64,000 nucleotides of DNA from contig NC_052146.1 of the NCBI RefSeq assembly GCF_902713615.1, forward strand, positions 85,143,982-85,207,981. The letters are read 5' to 3'. The position numbers and the translations under genes are program-made. Source of the stretch: Scyliorhinus canicula. Its lineage: Eukaryota. Positions 1-11,604 of this stretch are shown here, one piece after another; the first letter of the stretch is position 1; the number at the start of each line of letters is the position of its first letter. Under the pieces are notes generated by a model. It did not search any database. It had not been told where the DNA came from and was given only the letters and a program-made list of their open reading frames with translations.

Positions 1-985
1 GGTGGTGAGGGAACCAACAAGAGGGAAGAAAAGCTACTTGACCTCATCCTCAGTCTACCTGCCACAGATGTATCTGTCCATGACAGTATCGGTAAGAGAG
101 ATCACAACACAGTCCATCTGGAAAAAAAGTCCCGTTTTCACATCGAGGATACCCTCCATCGTGTTGCGTGGCATTACCACCGAGCTAAATGGGATAGACT
201 TTGAACAGATCTAGCAACTCAAGGCTGGGCATCCACGAGGTGCTGTGGACCATCAGCAGCAGCAGAATTGTATTCAACCACAATCTTCAACCTCATTCGA
301 GACTCCTCAGATAATGAAGGAGTCCATGTCCAAATGCAGCAAGACCTGGACGATATTCAGGTTTGGACTTCCAAATGGCAAGTAGTATTCATGCAACACA
401 AGTGCCAGGCAATAACCAGCTCCAATAAGGGGAAGCTGACCATCACCCATTGACATTCAATGGTATTACCATCGCTGAATCTCTCGCTAACAACAACCCG
501 GTGATTACCATTGACCAGAAACTGAACTGGATTAGTCTACATAAATACTGTAGCTACAAGAGCAGGTCAAAGGCTACGAATCCTGTGGTGAGTAACTCAC
601 CTCCTGACTCCCGCAAAGCCTCTTCACCAATTACAAGGCACAAGTCAGGAGTGTGATGGAATACCTCACCGTCAAAATGTTCAACACCATCCAAGACAAA
701 GCAGCCCTGCTTGATGGGCATCCCTTCCACCACCTTAAACATTCATTCCTTTGACCACTGCGCACAGTGGCAACAGTGTGTACCATCAACAAGATGCACT
801 GCAGCAACTCACCAAGGTTCCTTAGGCAGAATGTTTCAAACCCCCAATCTCTACCATCTAAAGAACTAGGGCGGCCAATGCATGGAAACACCATCAGCTG
901 CAAGTTGTGCTTCAAGTCACTCGTCAACTTGCCTTATTTCGCTGTTCCTTCACTGTTGCTGTGTCAAAATCCTGGAACTTCTCCC
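1..985 (+). mobile_element. Decayed CR1/L2-like LINE, internally deleted (endonuclease end joined to post-RT region and 3' portion)
   Basis: VREPTRGK EN-end motif at start, then MQQDLDDIQVWTSKWQV..KCQ and ITIDQKLNW RT C-terminal motifs; same family at 23395, 41715, 57168. Confidence 0.8.
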
Positions 986-996
986 CATTTCCCAAC

Positions 997-1135
997 ATTG
1001 GCAGCAAATGTGTGCAGAGCAAGATCCACAAACAACAATGTGATAATAACTGGATAATCTCATTTTTAGTACTGCTGGTTGACACATAGATATTGGCCAG
1101 GACAACAGAACAGCCTTGCTCTGTTTCAAGACAGT
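997..1135 (-). mobile_element. Ancient Deu-domain SINE remnant (SacSINE1/AmnSINE1-like)
   Basis: GGCAGCAAAT..GCAAGATCCACAAAC..GATAATC..ATATTGGCCAGGACA resembles the reverse complement of the Deu-SINE body as recalled; similar remnant at ~28195-28365. Confidence 0.5.
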
Positions 1136-2016
1136 TTTAGCACAGGAACCTCATGTGATCACGTATTTCTGATGAGTAATTCTTTAAACTCTTATACACT
1201 CTTCCAATGAGGGAGTCATTGATGTGACAGAAGATTATATAACTTACAATATACTATAATTTCAATTGACTACATCAGTCTGACATGATTGTCGTCTCAG
1301 ACTCCCACTGTGTAGCTATTGATGATTATTCGAATCAAACTGAATCAATGACTTCAGTTCCTTAAAAGAGCTAAAAATCTGCCTCAGGCTCTTTAATCCA
1401 TGCTGCACAAAATTTTTCAAAGAATATGGAGTTCTGATGAGACCTAGATAAGGATGGCGGCAGCAGCAATAAATATATTTTCTGTTTACGCTTGAAGTGT
1501 TTAATCCTTGGTATAAAACCTCGAAGACAGATGCTAGACAACATTGCTATGCTGTCAGAAAACAAAATTGTAAAGCAAAACCCTAAAGACTGAGACAGAA
1601 ATGGATGTTTCTTTGTGCTATCTAATTGTCTATAATTGCAACAAGTTTAATTTTTACTTTGAGAACATATCTTGCTGTTTCCCTCCCTCCAGCAAACCAC
1701 GTTGAAAGCAAGTGAAGGTTAAACTGGAAGAAAACGCAAAGTTATGTCTTATTTATAACAGCAGAGGGGAACCAGATTCCCTCTCCTCTTACTCAATCCC
1801 TTTTGGTAGGTTATTGAAAGTTGGAGAAGTGATGTAGTTTCAGACTTCCCTTCGAAACTAAGGCAGTGTCAGAAGTGAAAACAAAATCACTGGTGGTCAA
1901 TACTAGAGCCATCTCCAGCCTATAAACTCCAATCTTCCTCCTTCTCCCTCCACACGTGATAATGTCACTCACATTCAGAACAATGCCTTTCCGTTGAATA
2001 TTCAGAATCATGTTAC

Positions 2017-2389
2017 CAGGGCCGGTGCTAGGAATTGCGGGCCCAATTAGAAAAGTGATGGCGGGGCCCCTACTCTACAAAAGTAAAAATTTATGTATGT
2101 TTATATTTCGTGTAGTATGCTCGTCTTTAACCAAAAAAAAACATTAAATGCTTGATATACTAAAATTTTGAAACTTACTTACCCGGGCGGAAGGATTTGG
2201 CGGCGCAGGGCTGAAGGATTTGTCGAAGGTAATGCGGTGCATTCCCCAAAAGTGAAAACTACCCTATAGTTCCTCTTAGAATACAGAAAAGGCTTCGAAC
2301 GGTAACTCTGTCGCCGCTGGCGCGGGGCCCCCTTAAGGTGCGGGGCCCAATTTGATGAAATTGGTCAAATAGGCTTAAAACCGGCCCTG
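2017..2389. mobile_element. Non-autonomous hAT DNA transposon (MITE), 373 bp
   Basis: Perfect 10-bp TIR CAGGGCCGGT/ACCGGCCCTG; perfect 8-bp TSD CATGTTAC (2009-2016, 2390-2397); subterminal GCGGGGCCC motifs. Confidence 0.92.
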
Positions 2390-3234
2390 CATGTTACCCT
2401 TTCTTCTGCCGTACATACACAATAGCCATTGATAATCACTGCTGCCTCTTAAGGTAAGGCAGCATTTAGAATGTCTCAGCTCTATTTTCTGTGTGCCAGT
2501 AACAGGGCCCACATGTCGGCGTGTTAAATCCACCACATCACATCTGGAAGTAAAATGTTCTACTTTAACGGTGCCAGCACCGGTTTTCAAATCATCTTTG
2601 GGGTGCGGGGTGCTGGCATATCTGATATTTATTTTCCTGTATGCCTGGTGAAGGTGGCATTGGACTTGCCCCTTGAAGTTGCAGTGGCTTGACACAACTG
2701 AATATCTTGTTCTTGATAGAGCACTTCAGTGGGTTGGATTGTTGGACTGGGACTGGAGACGCAATGAGGTTGGGTAAGACAGGGTAAGGGCAGCAGATAT
2801 TTCTAAAGGACCTCAGTGAATATTGTCAGAGCTCATGTTTGCAAAGAGATTTGTTTCATTTGTTTCATTCAGTTTCCAGATATTGTCACATGATTGGATG
2901 TTTTGATTAGGACAAAGAAACCACGCTCACTACAATCCTTGAATACAGCCCACAATGATGTTGTTTATTTCCCCATAATTCAACATGACTTTGAATCTGG
3001 TACCATCTGAAAGCAAGGATAATAGTTCACTTTTTAAATCATTGTCCAGCAAGCAAGGTAAAGATTGGGGCATACACACAGGATTGAGATAAAAGCTGAA
3101 CTAACAAACGTTAAAACAAAATATGTTTTATAATTTTAAAAATCAAGATTTTTTTTATGTTACTCTGATGGAATGCTCCTCCACAGTTGTAAAATGGAGT
3201 TTGTCTGTCATGTTTTCCAGCAGTAATTATAACT

Positions 3235-3342
3235 TAGAATAAGAATAAGAATAAGAAGAATAATAAAAAGAATAATAAAAAGAATAATAAAAAGAATAAT
3301 AAAAGAATAAGAATAAGAATGAGAATAAGAATAAGAATAATA
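3235..3342. repeat. Compound microsatellite (AATAAG)n/(AAAAGAATAAT)n at a SINE tail
   Basis: Direct reading; abuts the 3' tail of the minus-strand SINE. Confidence 0.9.
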
Positions 3343-3612
3343 ATCGTTATTGTCACAAGTAGGCATATATTGACACTGCAATGAGGTTACTGTGAAAAGT
3401 CCCTAGTCGCCACATAATGGCGCCTGTTCGGTACCATGGAGGGAGAATTCAGAATGTCCAATTCACCTAACAACACGTCGTTTGGGAATTGTGGGAGGAA
3501 ACTGGAGCACCTGGAGGAAACCCACGCAGACTCCACACAAACAGTGACCAAAGCCGGGAATCGAACCTGGAACTCTGGAGCTGTGAAGCCACAGTGCTAC
3601 CCACTGTGCTGC
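3343..3612 (-). mobile_element. tRNA-derived SINE type D (HE1-like head + GGCGACTAGGGG..TGTGACAATAA tail)
   Basis: Matches copies at 17558, 27553, 55838; B-box-like GGTTCGATTCC on minus strand. Confidence 0.85.
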
Positions 3613-4384
3613 CATGCATGTCACTAACCATTCAGTTGTGCCTCATTCAACAAGTTTTAATGTTTTTAAGGTTTTTAAATAATGAGAACAGTGCAAAACA
3701 GTTTGAGGTATGCATCAATTCACCAATTCTGTAACTACACCAATGAAGATTGTGACAGAACACAATGTGGAGCAATGGAATATCACTGACACCAGCTTCA
3801 GAATTCCCACACTGCATTTGTGAAGGGGCTGGAAGTTGCAGTCAGTTTCACACCACAATGGCATTAAATATTGACAGCTTTGTCTTTGTTACAACCACAA
3901 AATCTGGAATGATCAGCAATGATGTTTTGCCTCTTAAATACAAGTATCAGGTGGTCTGAGTCCACGTCGTAGATTTCCCAGGCAGAGCCCTCATTCCTTT
4001 CTGCGACTTGTTCACAACTGAGTGCTTGAATAGTTGCATTGTTGAAGTACACCATATGGTTATATGTCTCCCTAATATATGTGATGCAACTTTCATTGAA
4101 TGTTTGTCTGCTGGGATTGCCTGAAAAGCCATGGGTTTATGGTTTGGCCAAAGGGGAATAAGTACTTCCACCCAGCACTATCAGGGCAGTAATCGAGTTT
4201 TAATGTTATATAATGAGTTTCCTGATTATTCCTGTGCCAGTGTCATTTTGCCAGGGTCTTCCTCTTGGTAGTCTAGCTGTCATTCTGGTATAATTGCTGT
4301 AAATCAGGATTTTATAATCTGCCTCAGTGCTGACGCAATTGTCTACTGGTTAGAGCAACCCTCAACTTCGAACAATCTGTTGAT

Positions 4385-4449
4385 TATAAATAAATATAAT
4401 AAATATAAAATCGCTTATTGTCACGAGTAGGCTTCAATGAAGTTACTGT
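4385..4449 (-). mobile_element. 3' fragment of SINE type C
   Basis: AATCGCTTATTGTCACGAGTAGGCTTCAATGAAGTTACTGT is the reverse complement of the 12625-12666 tail. Confidence 0.8.
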
Positions 4450-5094
4450 ATAAGGAGTAGGAAGAAGCAGCGGGAAGGCAAGGCTACAGGTGATCTGCGG
4501 GAGTAAGAGGAGCAGGAGAGTTTCTTCGGAGGTTCATAGGAACAAACGAGCTGCTGATTCTCTTGGTTTCCCCTCAGTTATTGGCCCCGCTCCTCTGGGT
4601 CTCCCTCTGTTAGTGCCCACTGCAACCCTGGACCCCCATCTATCACCTCCCCTACCCCGCCCCCTACAGAGTCCCCACCCCACTTCCATTCAAGCCATCT
4701 TGCCCTGACACCTAGCTAATGGTTCTTCAACCTTTGTGTGGATTCAAAAGGCGATGTCATTTTGTTCTCTGCTTTTCCTGGTGTTTTTTGGGCTCTGACA
4801 TCGAGTTTCATTCCCTCCCACAGTGCAGCCTGCTCACAAACCTCTGTCACATCTGCTCATGAAGGAGGGACATGAAGCAGATCAAAATACTCCGGTCTCC
4901 GCAGGGTGCACTTCATGTTTATTCTGAGATGGTGTGTTTTTAAGCCAAGAGTCACTCTGATAGCAACTTCTGCTGTGCGTAATAGTGATAATGGAATTGG
5001 AATTACAAATACATTCCGAATGTTGCAGCTAGAGCAAGAAAAAACCATCACAGCTGGTGAGGGGGGCGGGGGGCACAAAATACCACCCGCCCCC

Positions 5095-7417
5095 AATCCC
5101 GGTACACTGTATACCACCCCCCCCCCCCCCCCCCAACCCCACCCCCCACCCCAAACCCGGTACACTGTATACCACCCCCTCCCCCAACACGGTACACTGT
5201 ATACCTCCCACACTCCCCCCCCCCACCCCCAGCCCGGTACACTGTATACCACCCCCTCCCCCAACCCGGTACACTGTATACCTCCCCCCACCCCCACCCG
5301 GTACACTGTATACCACCCCCCACCCGGTACACTGTAAACCACCCCCCACCCCCAACCCGGTACACTGTATACACCCCACCCCCCACCACGGTACACTGTA
5401 TACCACCACCCCCCCCCCCAACACGGTACACTGTATACCACCCCCCACACGGTACACTGTATACCACCCCCCACACGGTACACAGTATACCTCCCCCCAC
5501 CCCCCACCCGGTACACTGTATACCACCCCCCACCCCCACCCGGTACACTGTATACCACCCCCCACCCCCAACCCGGTACACTGTATACCCCCCACCCCCC
5601 ACCCGGTACACTGTATACCACCACCTCCCCCCAACACGGTACACTGTATACAACCCCCCACCCGGTACACTGTATACCCCCCACCCCCCACCCGGTACAC
5701 TGTATACCACCACCTCCCCCCAACACGGTACACTGTATACCACCCCCCACCCGGTACACTGTATACCAGCCCCCCCCCCCACCCCAACCCGGTACACTGT
5801 ATACCACACCCCACCCCCAACCCGGTACACTGTATACCACCCACCCCCCACCCGGTACACTGTATACCACCCCCCACCCGGTACACTGTATACCAGCCCC
5901 CCCCCCCCCACCCCAACCCGGTACACTGTATACCACCCCCCACCCCAAACCCGGTACACTGTATACCACCCACCCCCCTACCCGGTACACTGTATACCAC
6001 CCCCCCCCCACCCGGTACACTGTATACCACCCCCCCCCCCCAACCCGGTACACTGTATACGACCCCCCACCCGGTACACTGTATACCACCCCCCACCCCC
6101 CCCCCCCACCACCCGGTACACTGTATACAACCTCCGCCCCCCCAACCCGGTACACTGTATACCACCCCCCCCCAACCCGGTTTACTGTATACCATCCTCA
6201 CACCCGGTACACTGTATACCCTCCTCATACCCGGTCTACTGTATACCCTCCTCATACCCGGTCTACTGTATCCCCTCCTCATACCCGGTCTACTGTATAC
6301 CCTCCTCATACCCGGTACACTGTATACGCTCCTCATACCCGGTCTACTGTATACCCTCCTCATACCCGGTCTACTGTATACCCTCCTCATACCCGGTCTA
6401 CAGTATACCCTCCTCATACCCGGTCTACAGTATACCCTCCTCATACCCGGTCTACTGTATACCCTCCTCATACCCGGTCTAATGTATACCCTCCTCACAC
6501 CCGGTCTACTGTATACCCTCCTCATACCCGGTCTACTGTATACCCTCCTCATACCCGGTCTACTGTATACCATCCTCAACCCGGTCTACTGTTATTACCG
6601 TCCTCACTACCCATACACTGTATACCCTCCTCATACCCGGTCTACTGTATACCCTCCTCATACCCGGTCTACTGTATACACTCCTTCATACCCGGTCTAC
6701 TGTATACCCTCCTCTTACCCGGTCTACGTATACCCTCCTCACACCCGGTCTACTGTATACCCTCCTCATACCCGGTCTACTGTATACCTCCTCATACCCG
6801 GTCAACACTGTATACCCTCCTCATACCCGGGTCTATGTATACCCTCCTCATACCCGGTCTACTGTATACCCTCCTCATACCCGGTCTACTGTATACACTC
6901 CTCATACCCGGTCTACTGAATACCCTCCTCATACCCGGTCTACTGTATACCATCCTCATACCCGGTCTACTGTATACCCTCCTCATACCCAGTCTACTGT
7001 ATACCCTCCTCACACCCGGTCTACTGTATACCCTCCTCATACCCGGTCTACTGTATACCACCCTCATACCCATACACTGTATATCCTCCTCATACCCGAT
7101 ACACTGTATACCCTCCTCATACCCGGTACACTGTATACCCTCCTCATACCCGGTCTACTGTATACCCTCCTCATACCCGGTCTACTGTATACCTTCCTCA
7201 AACCCGGTCTACTGTATCATCCTCATCCCNNNNNNNNNNNNNNNNNNNNNNNNNNNNNNNNNNNNNNNNNNNNNNNNNNNNNNNNNNNNNNNNNNNNNNN
7301 NNNNNNNNNNNNNNNNNNNNNNNNNNNNNCCACACCCGGTACACAGCATATCATCCCCACACCCGGTACGCTGTATACCATCCTCGCAACCAGTATACCA
7401 TATTCCCTCCTCACACC
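5095..7417. repeat. Two-domain minisatellite: CCGGTACACTGTATACC core with variable C-rich spacers (~5098-6200), then 27-bp CCGGTCTACTGTATACCCTCCTCATAC units (~6200-7229)
   Basis: Direct reading; roughly 35 + 38 units; degenerate units continue after the gap. Confidence 0.95.
7230..7329. other. Assembly gap (100 N)
   Basis: Run of N inside the minisatellite. Confidence 1.
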
Positions 7418-7965
7418 AGTGTTTTTTTAAACTTTTTTTCTGGGTCCCATATCATTTTGTTTACTTGTGGAAATAGTCACCACAATCCAGCACCTGTTCA
7501 GGGAGGCCAGTAGATGAAGATCTTGGAGATGAAGATCGCTATGGATGTAAACAGGACGAGGAACCTTGGTGGTACGTTCATTTTGACCGTCTGCATTCTC
7601 CCTGCCAGGGAGAGCGGGAGTGTAACCCACCTCTGCAGGTCCTTTTTAACTTCCTTTGCCAGGTGATCAGATTCCACTTGTGGATCCATGCCCAGTTATG
7701 GGCTATCTGGATCCCCATGTGGCGGAATTGTTTGGGGCTAGTTTGAATGGTAGTCCCTCCAGCTCTCTCCTTCCCCTGTTGGTGCAAACACTCACCCTGG
7801 GGGTGTTGTAAAAGAGTTTCACCCATGAGGTGAACCCTATCCCTACCCCAAACCGCTCCAGTACCTCAAAGAAGTACTTCCACTCGACTCTGCCGAAGGC
7901 CTTTTCTACATCCAGGGAGACGATCACCTCTGGTGTTCTCTTCTTAGATGGGGTCATAATTACAT

Positions 7966-8180
7966 GTCCGTAAGAAGTCTTACAACACTAGGTTAAAGTC
8001 CAACATGTTTGTTTCAAACACTAGCTTTGGAGCACTGCTCCTTCCTCAGGTGCTTCCTTCACCTGAGGAAGGAGCAGTGCTCCGAAAGCTAGTGTTTGAA
8101 ACAAACATGTTGGACTTTAACCTGGTGTTGTAAGACTTCTTACTGTGCTCTCCCCAGTCCAACGGCGGCATCTCCACATC
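7966..8180 (+). mobile_element. Fold-back Penelope-like pLTR mini-insertion inside the L1
   Basis: Inverted arms 7970-8052 / 8060-8143 plus a 37-nt unpaired tail; 12-bp near-perfect TSD TCATAATT(A/C)CAT at 7954-7965 and 8179-8190; second copy at 33910. Confidence 0.8.
8060..8094 (+). ncRNA. Minimal type I hammerhead ribozyme motif
   Basis: CAC-CUGAGGA-A-GGAGCAGUGCUCC(stem II)-GAAA-GC-UA/GUG: both core boxes, stem I CAC/GUG, palindromic AGCU in place of stem III. Confidence 0.75.
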
Positions 8181-10122
8181 ATAATTCCATTCAGCAGCCG
8201 CCTGATGTTCGCAGTAAGCTGCCTACCATTGACAAAGCCCATCTGGTCCTCTGCAACCTCCTCCGGTACGCTGTTTTCCAGTCTCTTGGCCAGGACTTTC
8301 ACGAGTATCTTCGCATCTACATTGAACAGCAAAATGTATCTGTATGATCTGCATACCATTGGGTCCTTGTCTTTTTTGGGTATCAGCGATATTGTGGCCT
8401 GTGTTAGTGTAGGAGGCAGGGTGCCCCTCACTAGCGCATTGCAAACCTGTCCCATCGATGTGGGACCAGGGCTGGCGTGAATCTTTTAAGAAGTCCGCCA
8501 AGATCCCGTCAGGTACGCACTTTCCCCACCTGGTTGTCAGCATTTGGGCGACATAGCCCATTGGATCTCTGCCCTCGATGCCTTCTGGCAGACCATGATC
8601 TGATATTTTGCCATCAGGACCTGTTTTCTTGGCGCTCGACTTTCCCCTTTAAATTCCACTGGGCCTCCACCAACACCACTTCCGCTTCCAGGGCGACGAT
8701 TCTGTCACTCTGGTCCAGCGAGGCCTTCTCCAGGTCGAGGATCATCCTCTCCTGAGTTGCCACTTTTTCCCACAGCCCTGTCGATGCCTTTTGCGTGGTG
8801 GTCATCGCCTCTGCTGCACCACCCTTGACGCCACCTAGATATCTATATTGATCGCCGCATTTAATGTTGTCAGCGCCTCGTCAGGAAGCTCTTCCATCCG
8901 TCTCCGGTGATGGGGGGGAGGCTGATGCTCATGTCGTTGGTCGCCCTCTCTCCTGGGTGGCTGGGGCCCCCTTTACCTTGTGGGTCCGCTGTCTTGTCCT
9001 CCTGCTGCTCATGGCTCTTTTCCGCTACTCCTGCCGTCTCTTCGGTCCCTCGAGCTCCCGTTTGCTGGCATACATTCATGGTTATTCTCTTCTTGCTCTT
9101 GAGGTAGTTTTGTATTTGCATTTTGGGAAAATTCGACTTTTTGATGGTGCCTTTCGGCTCTGGTTTGGTGGAGAGCCACCTGGTGTGCATCCACTCAGCA
9201 CATCACCGTCACCGGAAGGCGTTGAATATAGAACTTAACACGAACAGATCAGCCGCGGTCTTATTGAATGGTGGAGGCAGACTAGAGGGGCCGAATGGCC
9301 GATGTCTGTTCCTATTTTGTATGTTCATATTAATTAAAAATCTCCAGTTTAGCTATCAGAAGTGCTGAGTTTTTGAAATTGGCTCTCCCAATCTGAAGGT
9401 GCATGCGGTGAAATGCAATTAAATATCTTCATAGAAAACAAAACAGCCTAATTTATTTTGAAATATTATGTGATGGAAAGAAATTCATTTGTATAATGCT
9501 TGTTCTCTATTAATATTATGAATTAGTGTCTAGATTAAAATACTTGCCCTAAGACAGGTATTAGTAAATAAGCAGGAGACTAGTGAGAAAACAAATCTTA
9601 AACCATTTAAAAGATACAATTCCTCACGTCTAACATTTGGGATTTCAAAATGTAAAAAAAAGTCCAGAATGTTTAATCTGATGCATTAGAGCACCTAGTA
9701 AAACTGAAAACTATCACTTGAGTATTCAATCTCCTGCAGTATATTTTTGTTAAATGGTCTATCCAATCACCCCAGCACTGGGTTTTTGACCCTGACTGAA
9801 TCTGCGATTGGTGCTGGGTGGGAGCTGAATTAACCCGCTTGGTGGCATGTCACTTAATAGTTCCATTCCATCTCCATAGGTGGAATCAAGGCTGGCAGGG
9901 CTACACACCTCACGCAGTGAATGGTCAGTCCGGCTCATCAGAGGCCTAATTGTGACCAAATAAAGTAGGCCGAGGGGGTTTTCCCCGTCTCGTAGAAAGA
10001 GGGCAACAGCTTAGGTGCTGAGGGCAGCCTCTCGGCAGGAGGTGGTGGTAGTTTGGAGGGTGCGGTGGGGGGGGGGGGCAGTACAAGCAATCACGTAAAT
10101 TGTAATGTATAACGACATCCAA

Positions 10123-10136
10123 CCAGCAGATGGCAG
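10123..10136 (+). promoter_or_regulatory. CTCF-like motif CCAGCAGATGGCAG
   Basis: Matches the CCASYAGRKGGCRS core consensus; motif match only. Confidence 0.4.
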
Positions 10137-10244
10137 TAGAGAACAACCATGTGACACTTTTCAGGGAGTCTGGTGGATAGTCGCCGCAGTGGATAGTCCA
10201 CATTTGTAGTAGCTCTTCGATACTTTATAATAGTTTACAGTTTT

Positions 10245-10977
10245 TCTTTTGTTTTTTTTTTTCGTTTTTATAAAATGTTTTTTATTGAGTTTCCATATTT
10301 ATATCCAACAAATTATTAGAGAGAGAGAGAAAAAAAACACGCAAAAATTAACATGTATATTTACAGGTAAGCATCTTCATAATAACAACTGTGGCCGCCC
10401 CCTTAGCCGGCCCATACATATTTACATTCCCCAATATGGCCGAGGCACATGTTTATAGGCATTTTATTTACAGTTTGGTTTTGGGGCTTTAGCTAGCCAT
10501 CAAACCCCATAACGAACTTGTAGACCCCCCCCCCCCTCCCCCAGCTACCTTCCCCTGATTCCCGTACCATTTTCCCCTGATTCTTGGCCACCGACTATTC
10601 TTCCTCTTGTACGTTGGCCACTACAGGTCCCGGAACAATTGCATGAATGGCTCCCACGTTCTGTGGAAGCCGTCGTCTGACCCTCGGATGGCGAATTTGA
10701 TTTTCTCCATTTGGAGAGATTCCGAGAGGTCGGACAGCCAGTCTGCAGCTCTGGGCGGTGCTTCTGACCGCCAGCCAAACAGGATTCTACAGCGGGCGAT
10801 CAGGGAGGCAAAGGTAAGGGCGTCCGCCCTCCTCCCCAGGAATAGATCTGGCTGGTCTGAAACCCCGAAGACCGCCACTATCGGGCATGGCTCCACCCTC
10901 ACCCCCACCACTTTGGACATAGCCTCAAAGAAGGCTGTCCAGTACTCCACAAGTCTGGGGCAAGACCAGAACATGTG
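10245..10977 (-). mobile_element. 5'-truncated L1/Tx1 LINE 3' end with poly(A)
   Basis: ORF2 C-terminus HMFWSCPRL..EKIKFAIRGS..WEPF intact; T-run tail; perfect 14-bp TSD TAGTTTACAGTTTT (10231-10244, 10978-10991). Confidence 0.92.
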
Positions 10978-11604
10978 TAGTTTACAGTTTTGATAATTTT
11001 CTTATGGTTATCTAACCCACATTATTGTTTAACAATAAACATTTAACTAGTCAAGAACTAGACGTTCTCTTGTGCACTAGACCGACCAACCAAGCACCAG
11101 AATGTAACAATGTCCTTGCTGCAAACACCATTTTTAAATTAAAGATTAAAATATTGGAGAGAGACCACTTCCATTTTGAAGCACCTTTTCTCTTGCTTAC
11201 CTTCCATCACAACCAGCTGCTCCTGTTAAGCTGAAAAGTTTCTGAATGACCCTTCAACTTTGAAAGCCTGCACACTGTCCTTAATGGCATGGCAAGGCTG
11301 TCTCCAAGGGGACGCCACAGTGGAAATCACAATGACTGTTCCGCCTGGATGCAGGTTTGGCTCCTGGAACAGTCACGGCTCCAGAATAAGATCATTCTCG
11401 ATGGTCCAATGTTAGAAAAGACCCAGAGTGAAGCTTGCAAAGTGCTGTTTGGGAGAGTGTGTGATTTATATAAGAAATGGATCAGGTGTGGCTTAATAAG
11501 GGGAACACTGAGGTGGATATTCTTCACCTCCCACTTACAAACAGTTGTTATCCTCAGTTTAGGGGAAAGGTGCAGTGGGTCACTGAGATTGTGTTGTACG
11601 ATAC

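Larger units (their letters stand above)
7420..9218 (-). mobile_element. Decayed, multiply deleted L1/Tx1-clade LINE (5'UTR, ORF1 piece, ORF2 RT pieces)
   Basis: ORF1-like ILDLEKASLDQSDRIVALE..ENRS; RT pieces QATISLIPKKDKDP..NVDAKILVKVLAKRLE..DQMGFVNGR, SLDVEKAFGRVEW, LPLSLAGRMQTVKMN. Confidence 0.88.
10101..11109 (+). mobile_element. Candidate ~260-bp solo LTR split by an L1 insertion
   Basis: TGTAA..TAACA termini and AATAAA at ~11034 once 10245-10991 is removed; TSD not resolved. Confidence 0.4.

Noticed and set aside
5029-5056. 28-nt micro-exon (TTGCAG/LEQEKTITA/GTGAGG)
   Set aside because: Weak polypyrimidine tract, no recognisable protein and no partner exons
5095-6200. CRISPR array (constant dyad repeat with variable spacers)
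   Set aside because: Spacers are low-complexity C-runs related to each other, context is vertebrate, and no cas genes are present
4857-7476. Long ORFs of 213-620 aa (Pro-rich or Gly-rich)
   Set aside because: Artefacts of a stop-poor minisatellite, open on both strands and in several frames
8020-8052. Second active hammerhead on the left arm (minus strand)
   Set aside because: The conserved G of GAAA is missing (CC-AAAGCUA)
9759-9959. 66-aa ORF or exon in unique sequence
   Set aside because: No recognisable homology; + strand frames after the candidate acceptor all stop quickly
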